A DNA stretch of 64,000 nt from Klebsormidium nitens. Its lineage: Eukaryota; Plantae; Klebsormidiophyceae. How positions within the stretch are numbered: position 1 is the stretch's first letter; every line of letters starts with the position of its first letter. Where the stretch lies: assembly GCA_000708835.1 (NCBI GenBank), contig DF237019.1:124001-188000 (forward strand). Direction: 5' to 3'. A program made the translations under genes and the position numbers. The notes under the pieces were generated by a model. That model had not been told where the DNA came from and did no database searches. It was given only the letters and a program-made list of their open reading frames with translations. Positions 62,101-64,000 of this stretch are shown here, in pieces.

Positions 62101-62708
62101 AGATTCTTCAATTTCAGGTCAACATAATACTTGCATGATTCTTTCATCGTTTGTGGACAAGCTCTCTCAGGTCCTGCTAACATCCAACAGACTCCGAAAC
62201 AAAAATCTCCTACTCATAAACGATCCCCGCCAACTCCAAAGAAAGCTCTTACCTTTGGGGTGGATCCTTTCACCACATCCGTCACGCTTGCCTTGGACGA
62301 CGGCTCCCCCAAAGCCCTGTCCAAGTCAGCATCCGTGGGGTGATCTGAACCGTCAGTATCCAGGTGCTCCACTAACACGTCCGCAACTTCTGCGGCGCTT
62401 TCTGTGGCAAACCCCCTTGTTCCACCTACTGAGAGGCTATGCTTGTTTGTTGAATGGCTATGGCTGCTAGCTGTTAGACTGTGCGTATGTAATGGTGAGC
62501 TGCGTGCGATGCTGCGTGGTGCTTGAAGAGGACTTTGTCTGAGTGAGCGTTTGACAAGGCTGGCATTGAGAATGCTGCTGTGCAAGCTTTTAGCGGTTGC
62601 ATTCAAGTCTGCAATGGTCCAAGTCAATGGAGCGAAGCCCTCGCCAATGTCAGCAAACACCTTTGACTGTCCAGCTTGAGGATTCCCCAGAGAATGGGGT
62701 CTCCGCAT
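56187..62708 (-). CDS. Atypical adenylate/nucleoside-monophosphate kinase-like protein with organellar targeting peptide and C-terminal extension
   Basis: Exons 62708-62253, 61455-61123, 60068-60003, 59683-59448, 59127-59001, 57866-57702, 57020-56856 and 56336-56187 join in phase. P-loop WLNGAPGSGKG and AK motif VVDGFPRT(T)MQ are present. The last intron is GC-AG. Confidence 0.88.
57532..57760 (-). repeat. Duplicate of the 3' end plus donor of kinase exon 6
   Basis: 57 nt of exon end plus GTGGGT are repeated 168 bp into the intron (57534-57590 versus 57702-57758). Confidence 0.95.
57845..58217 (-). repeat. Three copies of the acceptor plus start of kinase exon 6
   Basis: CAG|ATCGCGGAGGAGCTGCAGTAC (real, 57867) is echoed at 58003 (CAG|ATCACGGAGGAGCTGCAGTAC) and 58215 (CAG|ATGGCGGAGGAACTGCAGTAC). 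Confidence 0.88.
58340..59030 (-). repeat. Five-copy array (about 155-bp period) of the 3' end plus donor of kinase exon 5
   Basis: GCGCAGTGCCGGGAACAG|GTGGG...TCCGGTCCGTG has its donor GT at 59000 (real) and diverged copies at about 58833, 58694, 58529 and 58376. Confidence 0.85.
60914..61215 (-). repeat. Duplicate of the last 31 codons plus donor of kinase exon 2
   Basis: 60920-61012 aligns without gaps to 61123-61215, and both are followed by GTGAGT. Confidence 0.92.
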
Positions 62709-64000
62709 TCGGGTCGCAGAGCTGCTCGGAATTGGGACAAGGCATGATGACCAGTCTGCTGACTTCCGAGGATGGTCTACGTGTGGCGCGTCCTTCTGAT
62801 CTGATGCATAATGTACATCAGCTGCAGCATCTTCTGAGAGAAAGTCGACCAATCCTCTGCAGCACTTGACGGCCCCCAAATGCACATTCTCCCATTGGCA
62901 GACTGCTTTCCTTGACTGCCTGATTGCAGTTTGATGGAGCTGCCTTTGGGAGCTCAGCAAACGCTGCAGCCTTTGGACGCCTGTCATCGGACCGCAACTT
63001 TGAAAAGCATCCCTTGTACCAAGTGAAGGTCAGGAGCGTATTGCAGGTATGTTTTGCTAACAATTTGGGAAGCAGAAGCGCTGTGCTTGGCTGATCTGTT
63101 TAGCTTGCATGATTCTCGGAAGTGAATGCGCATTGCACATTCTGTACATGGACGGAAGCCATCACTGTCAGTGGCGCGTGAGTGGCATTGAAACTCGAGC
63201 TCGAACTGTGCATCGATCCGCTGTCTTATTAAACCTCAATCGGCGACGTATGCTAGGTGTGCCTCACGTATCCACCCTATTAAATTAGGGAATTAAATAG
63301 CTGAACGTTCACAGCGAAAACCAGGTCCGGTTAACGAACTATTATACCAAGCTTTTGAATGGCCAGATTTACAAACCGGGCAAACCCAAGACTATTAACA
63401 CAAGCTGCTCTACGGTCTACCTCTTTTCAACCTGACAGTGATGTATTATAATACCTATGTAATATCCTAACATTTTTGTAATTTTGCACTATTGTCGTTA
63501 ATCCTGCTGTCAAGCTGGCAGCAGTCGAATCCTCAACTTCATCTCTTGAGCAAGTTGAACTTGACGCTCGAACTTGAAGTTGCAATGTTGCAGGAGGAAG
63601 CCCTTCCAAGTTCCAGGTCAACAGCACTCCAGAGTCCAGGCGCTTCTTGATATCTTACTGGGACCGGCATGAAAAAGAAGGCAGGGCAAGTGTGAGCGAA
63701 ACCACCACGAGAGAGGTCGACGATGATGAGGCATGATGCAGTTGCTTGCCCAGAATAAAAAGACCTTCATCCAGGGAGTTTTGGGCTCTGAAGTGTCCAG
63801 ACAAGCCCAGCTGACTCATTCTTGGACAGATCTAGGCGTACTTGTATCATTGGCGGAAGAGATGCCAATCAGAAGGGCTTGATGTTGTGTCGGCATGATG
63901 TCAGCGGCGAAGCCAATGATGTCGGCCACTTCGGTGCACCACCTCCGAGCATCTCTAGCAGCACTCAGAACAGGCAGCCGCTTTAGACACTCCCAAATGC

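Overview
Intron-rich eukaryotic nuclear DNA, most consistent with a streptophyte green alga such as Klebsormidium. This is inferred from the plant/algal gene set (PPR4-like, DnaJ-like zinc finger, root-cap family), GC-rich exons and TTTTAGGG-type motifs. I reconstructed about 11 spliced protein genes by hand: an RRM+PPR protein (PPR4-like), a DnaJ-like zinc-finger protein, a Tudor+SAM protein, a class IV-like sirtuin, a 2-TM PAC/ENaC-like channel candidate, a secreted DUF3455-like protein, a membrane alpha/beta-hydrolase, a root-cap family protein, a BTB-BACK gene with an in-frame stop, a SPOC+RRM protein and an atypical adenylate kinase-like protein. The window also holds a tRNA-Cys(GCA), two Mutator-like MITEs and a possible KDZ-transposase relic. 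The most striking unexplained pattern is 'splice-junction echoes'. In three unrelated genes, the segment spanning an exon/intron boundary is tandemly copied into the adjacent intron up to 5 extra times. Most copies keep the AG or GT and the branch-point motif, and two show a synonymous-biased divergence from the real exon. No database searches were possible, so family calls rest on motifs read from the translations.
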